A stretch of DNA of 60,033 nt, taken from positions 1-60,033 of the IMG/VR virus record IMGVR_UViG_3300037484_000683; one strand, 5' to 3'. The translations under genes were made by a program, and so were the position numbers. This document shows positions 28,632 to 37,282 of this stretch, piece after piece (the first letter of the stretch is position 1; each line of letters starts with the position of its first letter). This DNA comes from a virus. Taxonomy: Duplodnaviria > Caudoviricetes. The notes beneath the pieces are model-generated. The model was not told the DNA's origin and searched no databases. It worked only from the letters and a program-made list of their open reading frames with translations.

Positions 28632-29519
28632 ATGGGAATGGATACAGAGATTTCTTGGGCGGACGCGTCTTTCAATCCCTGGGTGGGCTGCTTCAAAGTT
28701 TCCCCCGGCTGCAAACATTGTTACGCTGAAACATTTATGACTCGCAAAAGCCGCTGGGCCAACACCTGGGGACCGCCGGAAACAACGGAGCGCATCAGAA
28801 CCAGCGCGGCGAATTGGGCCAAACCTTTACAATGGGATAGGCAGGCTCAAAAAGAGGGCCGCCGGATAAAGGTATTCTGCGCTTCATTAGCAGATGTTTT
28901 TGAGGATAATATACAGGTCAGAAGTTGGCGACTTGATCTATTTATGTTGATCTCAGATACCCCTAATCTGGATTGGCAGATTTTGACCAAGCGGCCCGAA
29001 TTTGCCAGAGAGTTTTTTGAGCAGCACCCCGGCTTTTTGTTGCCGAATGTCTGGCTAGGCACTTCAATAGAAAATCAGGAGCAAGCCGACAAACGGATAC
29101 CCGAACTGCTGAGAATACCGGCGGCGATTCGTTTCCTGAGTGTGGAGCCGTTAATTGGGCCGGTAGACTTGCTGAGTGTGGACTCTCGCCAGGATGCCAG
29201 GTTAATCGTAAATTATCGCAGGGTAATTGACTGGGTTATCGTTGGCGGCGAATCTGGCCCCAACTCTCGCCCGATGCATCCCGATTGGGCGCGGTCAATC
29301 AGGGACCAATGCATGGCGGCAGGCGTAGCTTTCCACTTTAAGCAATGGGGAGAATTTTTACCTGATGGGCAAGAGATGTCATATAGAAAGGGTAATTTAT
29401 ACAGAGACTATGGCCGTATTCTTTCGTCCGGTGGAAAATTCTACAATGTCGGTAAACACGCCGCCGGTCGCTTACTGGATGGCCGGGAGTGGAATGAGAT
29501 GCCAACCCCCCGCCCGTAG
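28632..29519 (+). CDS. Phage Gp37/Gp68 (DUF5131) family protein
   Basis: NPWVGCFKVSPGCKHCYA, LTKRP, NVWLGTSIE, WVIVGGESG, FHFKQWG. Confidence 0.93.
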   Translation: MGMDTEISWADASFNPWVGCFKVSPGCKHCYAETFMTRKSRWANTWGPPETTERIRTSAANWAKPLQWDRQAQKEGRRIKVFCASLADVFEDNIQVRSWRLDLFMLISDTPNLDWQILTKRPEFAREFFEQHPGFLLPNVWLGTSIENQEQADKRIPELLRIPAAIRFLSVEPLIGPVDLLSVDSRQDARLIVNYRRVIDWVIVGGESGPNSRPMHPDWARSIRDQCMAAGVAFHFKQWGEFLPDGQEMSYRKGNLYRDYGRILSSGGKFYNVGKHAAGRLLDGREWNEMPTPRP

Positions 29520-29529
29520 GCAGCGCACG

Positions 29530-29556
29530 GCCCCGGTTGACAGCCGGGGCTTTTTT
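29530..29556 (+). terminator. Intrinsic terminator
   Basis: GCCCCGG-loop-CCGGGGC followed by TTTTTT. Confidence 0.8.
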
Positions 29557-29624
29557 GTTGGGTGTTCTTACACTACTTTGTGTTATAGGCATAATGGCTT
29601 ATATACAATCAAGTAGCTTGATTG

Positions 29625-29668
29625 TATAATGTGTACATAGATAAAAATTAGTTAGGTTACAGGAGATT
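29625..29668 (+). repeat. Duplicated promoter/leader, copy 2
   Basis: Matches 26762-26805. Confidence 0.9.
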
Positions 29669-29673
29669 AAACA

Positions 29674-29892
29674 ATGGACTTTCAAGAATACCTCAGAAAA
29701 CAAAATGAATTGATTGCCGAAAAAGACGCCCTGTACAGCGCTGCCAGCCGCCGACTAGACAAGGGTGACAAGGCCGGGGCAGCGGTTGTGTATGCTCTGA
29801 TTGATGAGACGCAGGCAGAGCTTGACGCCCTGGTAAACCCAAATGACGAATTATTGAAAGACGGCGAAGGTCTACTGACCTTTGAAAGCTAA
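29674..29892 (+). CDS. Hypothetical helical protein
   Basis: AGGAG RBS. Confidence 0.7.
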   Translation: MDFQEYLRKQNELIAEKDALYSAASRRLDKGDKAGAAVVYALIDETQAELDALVNPNDELLKDGEGLLTFES

Positions 29893-29894
29893 CA

Positions 29895-30209
29895 ATGACT
29901 AACAACACCAAAGCCCGCACTGAGCAAATATTCAACACCGCCGCCTCTGTCTTAGAGGCGGCGGGTGGGTGTGTCTGGTTTGATGATTTGATGACCACCC
30001 CGGCGGCCCGCTGGCAGGAGTTACAAAAAATGTATGCCGCCGTTATCGCTGCCACCGGCTGCCACCGTGACACCGCCAAGCGCCACGTAGCTAAAGCCCT
30101 GCGCCGGGCGCGGTATGGCGAGATGGTGAAACACGGCGGGACCAGGCCAGGCGCAGGTGCGCCACCTGGAAATCGGAACGCGGCAAGGAAAACCAAGCCT
30201 CCTGAATAA
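29895..30209 (+). CDS. HTH-like protein, paralogue of 27059..27346
   Basis: Shared motifs; C-terminal HGGTRPGAG basic tail. Confidence 0.75.
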   Translation: MTNNTKARTEQIFNTAASVLEAAGGCVWFDDLMTTPAARWQELQKMYAAVIAATGCHRDTAKRHVAKALRRARYGEMVKHGGTRPGAGAPPGNRNAARKTKPPE

Positions 30210-30221
30210 GGGGGCTTTTTT
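30195..30221 (+). terminator. Intrinsic terminator
   Basis: AAGCCTCCT/AGGGGGCTT stem plus T-run. Confidence 0.65.
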
Positions 30222-30239
30222 GTTGCCCGAAATCGGGGG

Positions 30240-30268
30240 TTGACAGCGGTTTTAAATTGTGGTACTAT
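30240..30268 (+). promoter_or_regulatory. Sigma70-type promoter
   Basis: TTGACA-17 nt-TACTAT with a TG extension. Confidence 0.75.
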
Positions 30269-30304
30269 TGCCTTTAGAGGCAACAAAACAACCGAGGGCA
30301 ATCA

Positions 30305-30490
30305 ATGAGCGATTTTATCACAACCCAGGAAGCGTCCAAAATCATCGGCTTGAAGGTGCGCCGGATTCGCCAGATGTGCAACGAGGGCAAGTTGCAGGCC
30401 GTCAAATTTGGCCGCGATTGGCAAATCGAGCGGGCCAGCGTCGAGCAGTACGCCGCCGCGCACAAACCGAAACGGGAGGCAGCACAATAA
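30305..30490 (+). CDS. Excisionase-like HTH (HTH_17/MerR-like) protein
   Basis: ITTQEASKIIGL..RRIRQMCNEGKL.AVKFGRDWQI. Confidence 0.88.
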   Translation: MSDFITTQEASKIIGLKVRRIRQMCNEGKLQAVKFGRDWQIERASVEQYAAAHKPKREAAQ

Positions 30491-30738
30491 TGATATTACT
30501 GCAACCAGTCAGGATGGTAGCCCCCAACCGTTTCGGTATCCAGGCCCCCAGTCGCCTGCAAAGTCCGGTATTTATAAATGATGTAGATTTTATGTTGCTG
30601 GCCGATGCTGCCAGGATTGCCCTGGTATCATTTGAGGCGGATGGTATTAGTAATCCGCAACGAGTAACGGCATACAATGGCTGGATAGTCCAGCCAAAAC
30701 TAACGGTCCAAAATATCAGCAGGATTATCAATGGCTAG
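30490..30738 (+). CDS. Hypothetical protein
   Basis: TAATG coupling, GGAGG RBS. Confidence 0.55.
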   Translation: MILLQPVRMVAPNRFGIQAPSRLQSPVFINDVDFMLLADAARIALVSFEADGISNPQRVTAYNGWIVQPKLTVQNISRIING

Positions 30739-30970
30739 AAACAGCAAAAAACAACCCTTTGCATATGCCAAAAAAGGCAGTGACGGCAAGTGGTACCACT
30801 GGACGGCTCTGGCTGGTAAACTGGCCGCCGGTGTAGCTCTGGGCGGTGGAGCCGTGTTGGGTAAATGGCTTTTTGGAGATGTCCTGTTTGATATGGTCAG
30901 ATTTGGCCTGTCCAGCGATGTGGTCAATGAGATCAAAAGATGGTTTGGGGCAGAGGAAACAAAACGATGA
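30731..30970 (+). CDS. Small membrane protein
   Basis: One glycine-rich hydrophobic segment. Confidence 0.55.
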   Translation: MARNSKKQPFAYAKKGSDGKWYHWTALAGKLAAGVALGGGAVLGKWLFGDVLFDMVRFGLSSDVVNEIKRWFGAEETKR

Positions 30971-31242
30971 TCCGCGCCCTGGCCAGCCGTGCCGATATGC
31001 CGTTTATGGTCACGATTCCCAATGACCCGGACGCGCTGAAACTAATCCGGCTCCTCCTGATTTTCTTTAATTTCCTCTGGTCCAACCGGCAGGAGGTTTT
31101 GTTACTCGTTGAAAATATCAACAAAGCGGTTGACCTGATTGAAGCCATCTTGGATACTTGCGCCGTGTGTTACGATATGTACTTGGGGCTAAAATGCAGA
31201 GTGAAATACGCCTTCGCACAACCAGTTTCAAGCTTTATCTAA
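30967..31242 (+). CDS. Hypothetical protein
   Basis: ATGA coupling, GAGG RBS. Confidence 0.5.
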   Translation: MIRALASRADMPFMVTIPNDPDALKLIRLLLIFFNFLWSNRQEVLLLVENINKAVDLIEAILDTCAVCYDMYLGLKCRVKYAFAQPVSSFI

Positions 31243-32375
31243 GTATCGGCCTGTGTGCCGTTGTTTTGGTTATATTCATCTCGGTTTGGTTCGCCGCCGA
31301 GGTGAGCTTCATCCTGTATTCGGTTGGCGGCGTGTTTCTCGCCACCGGCGGCGTCAGCGTCTATGCCCGGTTTTCGGCAATCCGGCATAACCGAGAGATG
31401 GCCCGGATCAGTCTGGAGCGGGAGCGTCAGCAGTTGCGCCGGGAAACGGCAGAGGCAAATAAGGCCGAACTGTTGGCCGGGGTCGTCTTATTTTCTCGAA
31501 ACGAACGCGCCTTGCTGCTACCTGGCAACGATATGAGATTGATAGAGGCGTTAGCCAGCAATGGCGCAACGTCGGACCCGCTGGCCCTACCTGCGCCCGC
31601 GCTGGACTTCTACGCCGCCATGTCGGACCCGCTGCAAGCGTATGCGATTATCGGCCCACAGCGGGTAGGCAAATCCATAATGCTGCAACACCTGACCCAG
31701 CACTTGACCCGGCAGGGCCGAACCTGCCTCGTTATCGGCACAAAAGCTAAACCGGGCGAATGGGTCAATTGTCGCCGCTACATCGGCAATGCTGATACTC
31801 AGGCCGCGCTCGATTCCATCATAGCCGAGGTAGGTAAGCGCATCCCTGGCAATATCACCACGCCGCCGCTGTGTGTGGTGTTGGACGACTGGCTGAATAC
31901 CGTCGCTCTTAACCCCGATCTGGCCGAGGCGTTTTTTGTAGATGCCGCCACCCGAATGCTGACCGCCGGAATCGTGCCGTACTTCCTCTTGCAGAGTGAT
32001 AGCAAAACCGACTGGGGAACCCGGCATGGGGCGCAACTCAAAAACAACTTTACCCACCTGATACTCAAAGCGCCCCGGATTGACGGTCAGCTAGACCATA
32101 GGGCGCTACAAGGTGTGATGATCTACCCCGGCGAAAAAGAACAGCACCCCGTCCGTTTGCCGGTGGGCCTGCCGATATTTGGCGACGGTGAGCCGGTGGT
32201 TGACCTCCCTGCCCCAGAGCCGAATGGACAGGAGCGCCGGATATTGGAATTGATAGACGCTGGCTGGGCACGCCGGGCGATTACTGAGGAGGTTTGGCAG
32301 CAGCGCGGCAATTTTTACAACGCCAAACTTGAGGCCATAGCCCGGCGATTTGGCCGTGAAACTGGAAATACATAG
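31194..32375 (+). CDS. Membrane-anchored P-loop ATPase (FtsK/HerA/TraB-like) with C-terminal HTH-like region
   Basis: Two N-terminal TM segments, coiled coil, IIGPQRVGKS, VVLDD, LLQS. Confidence 0.75.
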   Translation: MQSEIRLRTTSFKLYLSIGLCAVVLVIFISVWFAAEVSFILYSVGGVFLATGGVSVYARFSAIRHNREMARISLERERQQLRRETAEANKAELLAGVVLFSRNERALLLPGNDMRLIEALASNGATSDPLALPAPALDFYAAMSDPLQAYAIIGPQRVGKSIMLQHLTQHLTRQGRTCLVIGTKAKPGEWVNCRRYIGNADTQAALDSIIAEVGKRIPGNITTPPLCVVLDDWLNTVALNPDLAEAFFVDAATRMLTAGIVPYFLLQSDSKTDWGTRHGAQLKNNFTHLILKAPRIDGQLDHRALQGVMIYPGEKEQHPVRLPVGLPIFGDGEPVVDLPAPEPNGQERRILELIDAGWARRAITEEVWQQRGNFYNAKLEAIARRFGRETGNT

Positions 32376-32580
32376 GCGAAACCGCGAAAAGACTTCGCAT
32401 TTCGCATTTCGCATTAGAAAACGAGGCAAAAAATGACCACACAAACCGACCAACCCATCACCCTAACCGCCAACGGCCAGCCTCGCGAGCTTCGCCAACC
32501 ACCCGCCCCGCTGGTGCTGCGATTGCTGCGGGTGGTATGCGCGGTGGTCAGGTGGGTGGTGGGGTAGATAGGAGGAAATT

Positions 32581-32796
32581 ATGGCAGAAAATGACTTTAC
32601 AACGGCTAACGCCAAAAACGGCATACCGGGCCAGGCAATCATCGACGCCGGATTAAACGTTTTTGCGTTGCAATTGTTACTTGAGTCGTTTACCGAGATT
32701 GCCGGCGGTAATACTGAGCCGGTAGAGTTTACCTATTTGGGCGTTAATGTGCGGTTGCAGATAGCGGCGCCCGCAGACGCGGGGGAGGCCAGATGA
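32581..32796 (+). CDS. Hypothetical protein
   Basis: AGGAGG RBS. Confidence 0.6.
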   Translation: MAENDFTTANAKNGIPGQAIIDAGLNVFALQLLLESFTEIAGGNTEPVEFTYLGVNVRLQIAAPADAGEAR

Positions 32797-33065
32797 AAAT
32801 ACTCGTTGATGTAGAGAAAATACCCCTACAATTAAACAACCAACAATGGACCACGCCGGCCTATGTGAATTTGGATAAAAGCGGCATATCCATAGATGTG
32901 TTAGTCTCTGACGGTCAAATCGGCGTAGAGGTTGCACTGCTGGAAGATGGCAAAATCAGAATGGTTATCAGGAATTACACAGCCAGCAAAGAACCAACGC
33001 CGCAGGTTTTTGATTTATACGATTTGAATAAGTGGCCCGCAGACGCGGGGGAGGGAGAGAGATGA
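32793..33065 (+). CDS. Hypothetical protein
   Basis: ATGA coupling. Confidence 0.6.
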   Translation: MKILVDVEKIPLQLNNQQWTTPAYVNLDKSGISIDVLVSDGQIGVEVALLEDGKIRMVIRNYTASKEPTPQVFDLYDLNKWPADAGEGER

Positions 33066-33280
33066 CACCTAAACTAATAGAGGCACTTAAAGAACTTTTG
33101 GTCATCATTGACGAATTGCGGATTATTGATGATCCCGATATAACCCGGCAATTATTAGGTATAGATGGCCTTATTTATTCCGGTGACTTCGTTGACGCCT
33201 ATGAGGATATTCGGAGCGAGCTGGAAGCGTTGGGGATTTTGCCAAATCATTTAGCAGAGCTACCGAGGTACGAAGAATGA
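33062..33280 (+). CDS. Hypothetical protein
   Basis: ATGA coupling. Confidence 0.6.
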   Translation: MTPKLIEALKELLVIIDELRIIDDPDITRQLLGIDGLIYSGDFVDAYEDIRSELEALGILPNHLAELPRYEE

Positions 33281-34086
33281 GCAAGAAACACAAAGAAACC
33301 GATTGGATTAACTATCTTCTGTGGGGTATTTACATCCTACTCCTGATGGTTTTGTTACCTCATACCGCCTGGATGTTTGCGCGGGGCGAATCTAGCGAGG
33401 CCGGCCCGTTTGGTATCTCCTGGGGGATCGCCACGGCCTGGGCAGCAGCAACCGTTTTTGAGTTGGTCATTGCCGCGATGACTCACAAACTGTCTAGCCA
33501 CATATCCAAGACCCCGAAGTATACCGATGAGTGGAAACGGCTAAGGGCGCGATACGTGAACGCCTACGGAGCCGGCCTACTGCTGGCCTGGGTTGTCTCT
33601 ACGTATGCCAACCTTGCCCACGCGGTGGAGTTTGGCCAAACGATTAAAATCTTCAATGATTGGGGTTTGCCCGTTTGGTCGTATTCGGTAGCATTCGGTG
33701 CTATCCTGCCTACCGCTTCGCTCCTATTCGCCTGGGTTTTGTCGAGCGTAATCGAGCAGGACAGCAACGAAGCTCAGGCGAACCCTGAGCTTGATAAAGC
33801 GAAGGAAACCATTCGTATTTTACAGCATAGCCTTCGGCAGACCGAAGAACTACAGAGGCAGGCCGAACAAAAGGCGGCTGAGGCTGAATTGAGATTTAAC
33901 GCCGCCGGTGATATGTTCGCCATGCTCCTGTCAAACCAAAAAAAGGATCGTGTTTTATTCGCCCGCCAACGGTGGCCCCAGTTGCCACAATCGGCCATCG
34001 CTATTATCACCGAAGTTTCACCGGCCCGCGTTTCGGAAGTGTTGACCGAAGCGAACGGAGCCACCCGGCCCGGCGGTGCGCTGTGA
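33277..34086 (+). CDS. Four-TM membrane protein with coiled coil and C-terminal HTH (DUF2637/Spd-like architecture)
   Basis: VSTYANLAHA, GAILP, PQSAIAIITEVSPARVSEVL. Confidence 0.65.
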   Translation: MSKKHKETDWINYLLWGIYILLLMVLLPHTAWMFARGESSEAGPFGISWGIATAWAAATVFELVIAAMTHKLSSHISKTPKYTDEWKRLRARYVNAYGAGLLLAWVVSTYANLAHAVEFGQTIKIFNDWGLPVWSYSVAFGAILPTASLLFAWVLSSVIEQDSNEAQANPELDKAKETIRILQHSLRQTEELQRQAEQKAAEAELRFNAAGDMFAMLLSNQKKDRVLFARQRWPQLPQSAIAIITEVSPARVSEVLTEANGATRPGGAL

Positions 34087-34352
34087 CAACCCAAAGAGGG
34101 TTTTACGAGAAACTAGCGCAGGCGGAGCCGTGCATTGTACCAGTGCCAAACTTGCCGATAAAACTCGGCCCACAGGATATTATAGCGGCCCGGCTTCTCT
34201 TGTGGCTAGAAAGCCAGATGCCAGCCGATGCCACGCAAGGCGACCTTGATGACGTGCTTGATTCCGCCAAGTGGTGGTCTATGTTTTTTGGCAGTGCATT
34301 TTCGGCAACGGTTGACGCCCCCACACCCGAAAGCAAAGGCACCCCGCTGTGA
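34083..34352 (+). CDS. Hypothetical protein
   Basis: GTGA coupling. Confidence 0.5.
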   Translation: MTTQRGFYEKLAQAEPCIVPVPNLPIKLGPQDIIAARLLLWLESQMPADATQGDLDDVLDSAKWWSMFFGSAFSATVDAPTPESKGTPL

Positions 34353-34555
34353 CCTGGCTCCCCATCGCCCAGCAGCAGCCCGCAGTAGGCCAGCGCTGCC
34401 TCGTTTGGGATATCCGCTACAGGGAAGAAACGCTGGCCTACTGGACAAGGGATCATACCTTTGAGGAATGGCAGCGAGGCAAGTCAAGGCGGGTTGATGC
34501 CAGCCATTGGCAGCCTTTGCCGGGACCGCCGGAAGGAGAACCAAAGCCGCTATAA
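34349..34555 (+). CDS. DUF551-like protein
   Basis: TWLPI..QP and SHWQPLPGPP. Confidence 0.75.
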   Translation: MTWLPIAQQQPAVGQRCLVWDIRYREETLAYWTRDHTFEEWQRGKSRRVDASHWQPLPGPPEGEPKPL

Positions 34556-34569
34556 CAGGCGGCTTTTTT
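34543..34569. terminator. Terminator at the convergence of the two arms
   Basis: AAAGCCGC-loop-GCGGCTTTTTT. Confidence 0.8.
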
Positions 34570-34570
34570 G

Positions 34571-34840
34571 TTACCCTGGCCTCTCCGTTAAATACGCCTC
34601 AATATTTGTGCCATGCCCCGCAACCCACCACGTATTTACCAAATCATTAGCCGAAACCATCAACGCATCATACTGCGCTTTGGTCACTGGTCGACCTGCG
34701 AAGTCACCCGCTACCAATCCCGACAATGCTGCCGAATTATGCCGCGACAGCAGGCCAGCCAATCTATCTCTGGCCGCCCGTAAATCGGAAGCGGCTCCGC
34801 CTACCTCGTCAAGATACTGATTAAAAGTAATTATAGCCAT
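34571..34840 (-). CDS. Hypothetical protein, last gene of the tail operon
   Basis: Position and RBS. Confidence 0.65.
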   Translation of the reverse strand: MAIITFNQYLDEVGGAASDLRAARDRLAGLLSRHNSAALSGLVAGDFAGRPVTKAQYDALMVSANDLVNTWWVAGHGTNIEAYLTERPG

Positions 34841-34843
34841 AAT

Positions 34844-35317
34844 TTAAGACCTTTCATACGTCGCATTGATAGCAATTCTATCCCCATTAGCCAGCGCGAA
34901 GTTTGGCGTAACTCCGATAGCATTGGCGTTTCCGCTGGCTACGATTTGAAAATCAGCCGCACCCACTGCCGCCAAAACCCCATTATAAAATGTACCGGCG
35001 CTTAAATCTCGCACTTGCCCATTACCAATAACGACATCAATAGAGCCAGTGTCCACCGGGGCAATGGCTGCCGGGATGCCCCCGATACTAATAGCATTCG
35101 CCGCCGTGCCTGCCCCGGTAACGGCCAACCGTGCCCGCAAATGCACAGTATTGGCAATGGTTATATACCGAGCGTAAACCGTTGTAAATGTCACTGCCCC
35201 CGATTGGGTTAGTGTCGGCGTCCAAGTCACCCATAGCCCCACCTCCGGCTTGGTCAGCTCGTCTATCTGCTGCTGTAGCCGTGTAACCTGCTGGATTAGC
35301 TCATCTAAGTTTTTCAT
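34844..35317 (-). CDS. Tail fibre/tip-associated protein
   Basis: N-terminal coiled coil, WVTWTPTLT...ARY..I.NTVH beta-rich domain. Confidence 0.7.
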   Translation of the reverse strand: MKNLDELIQQVTRLQQQIDELTKPEVGLWVTWTPTLTQSGAVTFTTVYARYITIANTVHLRARLAVTGAGTAANAISIGGIPAAIAPVDTGSIDVVIGNGQVRDLSAGTFYNGVLAAVGAADFQIVASGNANAIGVTPNFALANGDRIAINATYERS

Positions 35318-36450
35318 CCAATGACCGCCTCGTAATCCAGCCGGGCCGAAATATCCTCTTTGCCGGCGTCGCCCCCGTCTTTTGAGATGACAACCGCTCG
35401 CACAATGCTATCAAATTCACGATTGCGGTAACGGGCTTTGACCTTATAGCCAATGTCCCAATCCCGGCCAAAACGTGTTCCCTGTGTATCCATGGGCACA
35501 GCGGAGAAACGTACTTGAGGCCGACCCGATTCGAGTAAACTTCTGGCCCTGGCAATGACTCCGTTATCGGTTGCTTGATCTCTGGCATCCGCTTCGGCCT
35601 CGCAACGCGCCCAAATAGAGGCACTATAGCGGGTACTGTCATAAACCTGCTGTACATTGCGATCCGCTTCCTCTCCCTGACCAGTGCCATAGATATAATT
35701 TTCTTCATCCTCGTAATCGTATTCGAGGCTGGCATTTCTGAGATTGCCTTTATCCTTGTCAAATGTTACCCGGTCGGTAACGTCCTGCCCTGGCTGGCCG
35801 GTAAACGTTTGAAATTGAAACGTGATGCTATTTGAAGTGACCACGTTGGGCACAATATCAAAAAATACCTCGTTACCGGCCTCACGGGATGCCTTAGCCA
35901 GTCCAGCTATAACCCCCTGGCCGGAAGCGGTTAATAATTTCTTGAAGGGGAATGAGTCGGAAATAGTCGGGCCGGCGCTCAAATCAGCGGCGATGCTCAA
36001 ATTAGACCAGACCCTTGTGCCGGCGGTCGGGGTAGGAGCCACCCCATCGGCAATTGCCTGGGTGACAATCTCTTTCATCATATCATCAGCAAAATCCGTT
36101 TTGCTGGCCTGAGCGCTGGCGGCAAAGGCGGCTACAATACGTCGCCTCAATAGGTCGTTGGTATCTAACCCCCCGACCGTCAACACCTCATCACTGCCCT
36201 GCATCTCGAATTTCCACTTGCGCACAAAGTAGGCTCGCCACAAACCCAAGCGCCCGCCGGTGGGTTGCCGCCACACTTGCAGCATTCTATCCGGGGCAGT
36301 CAGCAGGCTGTCATCAAACGAGGCCGGCATTTGCAGGTTAAATTTGCCTATACCGTTGACCACCCGCCCGCAGGTAATCGCCACGAAATTGTCAAGCGCA
36401 GCCAGTCTAACGCCTCGGTCATCGGTTAGCCAGAGTTCATAAAAGGCCAT
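35314..36450 (-). CDS. Siphovirus tail-tip hub protein (ReqiPepy6 Gp37-like)
   Basis: RVVNGIGKF, YGTGQGEEADR, FGRDWDIGYKV; position after the distal tail gene. Confidence 0.75.
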   Translation of the reverse strand: MAFYELWLTDDRGVRLAALDNFVAITCGRVVNGIGKFNLQMPASFDDSLLTAPDRMLQVWRQPTGGRLGLWRAYFVRKWKFEMQGSDEVLTVGGLDTNDLLRRRIVAAFAASAQASKTDFADDMMKEIVTQAIADGVAPTPTAGTRVWSNLSIAADLSAGPTISDSFPFKKLLTASGQGVIAGLAKASREAGNEVFFDIVPNVVTSNSITFQFQTFTGQPGQDVTDRVTFDKDKGNLRNASLEYDYEDEENYIYGTGQGEEADRNVQQVYDSTRYSASIWARCEAEADARDQATDNGVIARARSLLESGRPQVRFSAVPMDTQGTRFGRDWDIGYKVKARYRNREFDSIVRAVVISKDGGDAGKEDISARLDYEAVIG

Positions 36451-36479
36451 TTGACTTATCCATACATTGGGTATATAAT
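36451..36479 (+). promoter_or_regulatory. Promoter of the RAMP/array cassette (leaderless first gene)
   Basis: TTGACT-17 nt-TATAAT; ATG lies 7 nt after the -10 box. Confidence 0.85.
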
Positions 36480-36485
36480 GTCTAT

Positions 36486-36623
36486 ATGATTAAAATAAGT
36501 TTTTATATCACCAAAAAACAAAAGAAGGCTCTTGAGGACTTAAACGAATTAAGTTTGTCAGAGCATATCAGGCGGGCCATAGATGAATATTTGGCCCGTC
36601 TCAGAAAAGAAAGGAAAGAATAG
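36486..36623 (+). CDS. Ribbon-helix-helix (CopG-like) regulator, 45 aa
   Basis: Manual ORF MIKISFYITKKQKKALEDLNELSLSEHIRRAIDEYLARLRKERKE; missed by the track. Confidence 0.85.
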   Translation: MIKISFYITKKQKKALEDLNELSLSEHIRRAIDEYLARLRKERKE

Positions 36624-36625
36624 TT

Positions 36626-37207
36626 ATGTACACAATTCTCGTTTCCGTTGAAGGCATCGCCCCGTTGATGCAGCACCGTTACCCGCTGCCCGACTTTGCC
36701 GATTTGAGCAAGGGCGGCAAAAAGAAAACGGGTGAGCAGGATTACAGCCAGGAGTGGCGGGAATATCTTTACGTCTCGCCCGATGGTGACATCTACCAGC
36801 CTGCCACCCATTTTGATGGGGCGATGGTCAAGGCCGCCGCCGGTTACAAAATCCAGGGCGCAAGGGGCAAGACCTATAAAGACCTTTTCAAAGGTAATGT
36901 TTTTGTCAGTCCTGATGCTATCTATCATGGTGTTAAAGCTCCTGAAAATCTTGACGCTGATGCTGATAAGCCACTTTACCTTGATGTTAGACCCGTCGTT
37001 GTCCAGCGGGCGCGGGTGGTGCGAATCCGGCCCTGCTTTGCTCCTGGCTGGAAACTCAGTTTTGAGATAACCGTCCTTGATGACCAAGTACCACATAACG
37101 TAGTTAATGAGGTTCTTTCCCTTGCCGGTCGTACCGTTGGCGTTGGCGACTTTCGCCCGCGCTTTGGCCGGTTTATGGTCACCCGGTTTGAGGTTGCCAA
37201 GAATTAA
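36626..37207 (+). CDS. Small solo RAMP/Cas7-like RNA-binding protein
   Basis: First strand VSVEGIAPL, IYQPATHFDGAM helix motif, WKLSFEI strand, C-terminal Gly-rich loop AGRTVGVGDFRPRFGRF; directly followed by repeat arrays. Confidence 0.75.
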   Translation: MYTILVSVEGIAPLMQHRYPLPDFADLSKGGKKKTGEQDYSQEWREYLYVSPDGDIYQPATHFDGAMVKAAAGYKIQGARGKTYKDLFKGNVFVSPDAIYHGVKAPENLDADADKPLYLDVRPVVVQRARVVRIRPCFAPGWKLSFEITVLDDQVPHNVVNEVLSLAGRTVGVGDFRPRFGRFMVTRFEVAKN

Positions 37208-37209
37208 CC

Positions 37210-37278
37210 TTGTGGTGAGGAGTGGCCTGGTCTGGTATGGTACGGTCGGGTGCGGTTTGGTTTGGTGGGGTAAGGTTT
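37210..37278 (+). ncRNA. Putative guide RNA unit 1
   Basis: NN = GA GT CT CT AT AC CG GC TT TT GG AA TT. Confidence 0.65.
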
Positions 37279-37282
37279 CTTT

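Noticed and set aside
37210-37278. Array 1 matching LWRAYF in the 35314..36450 tail gene
   Set aside because: Only three dinucleotides match
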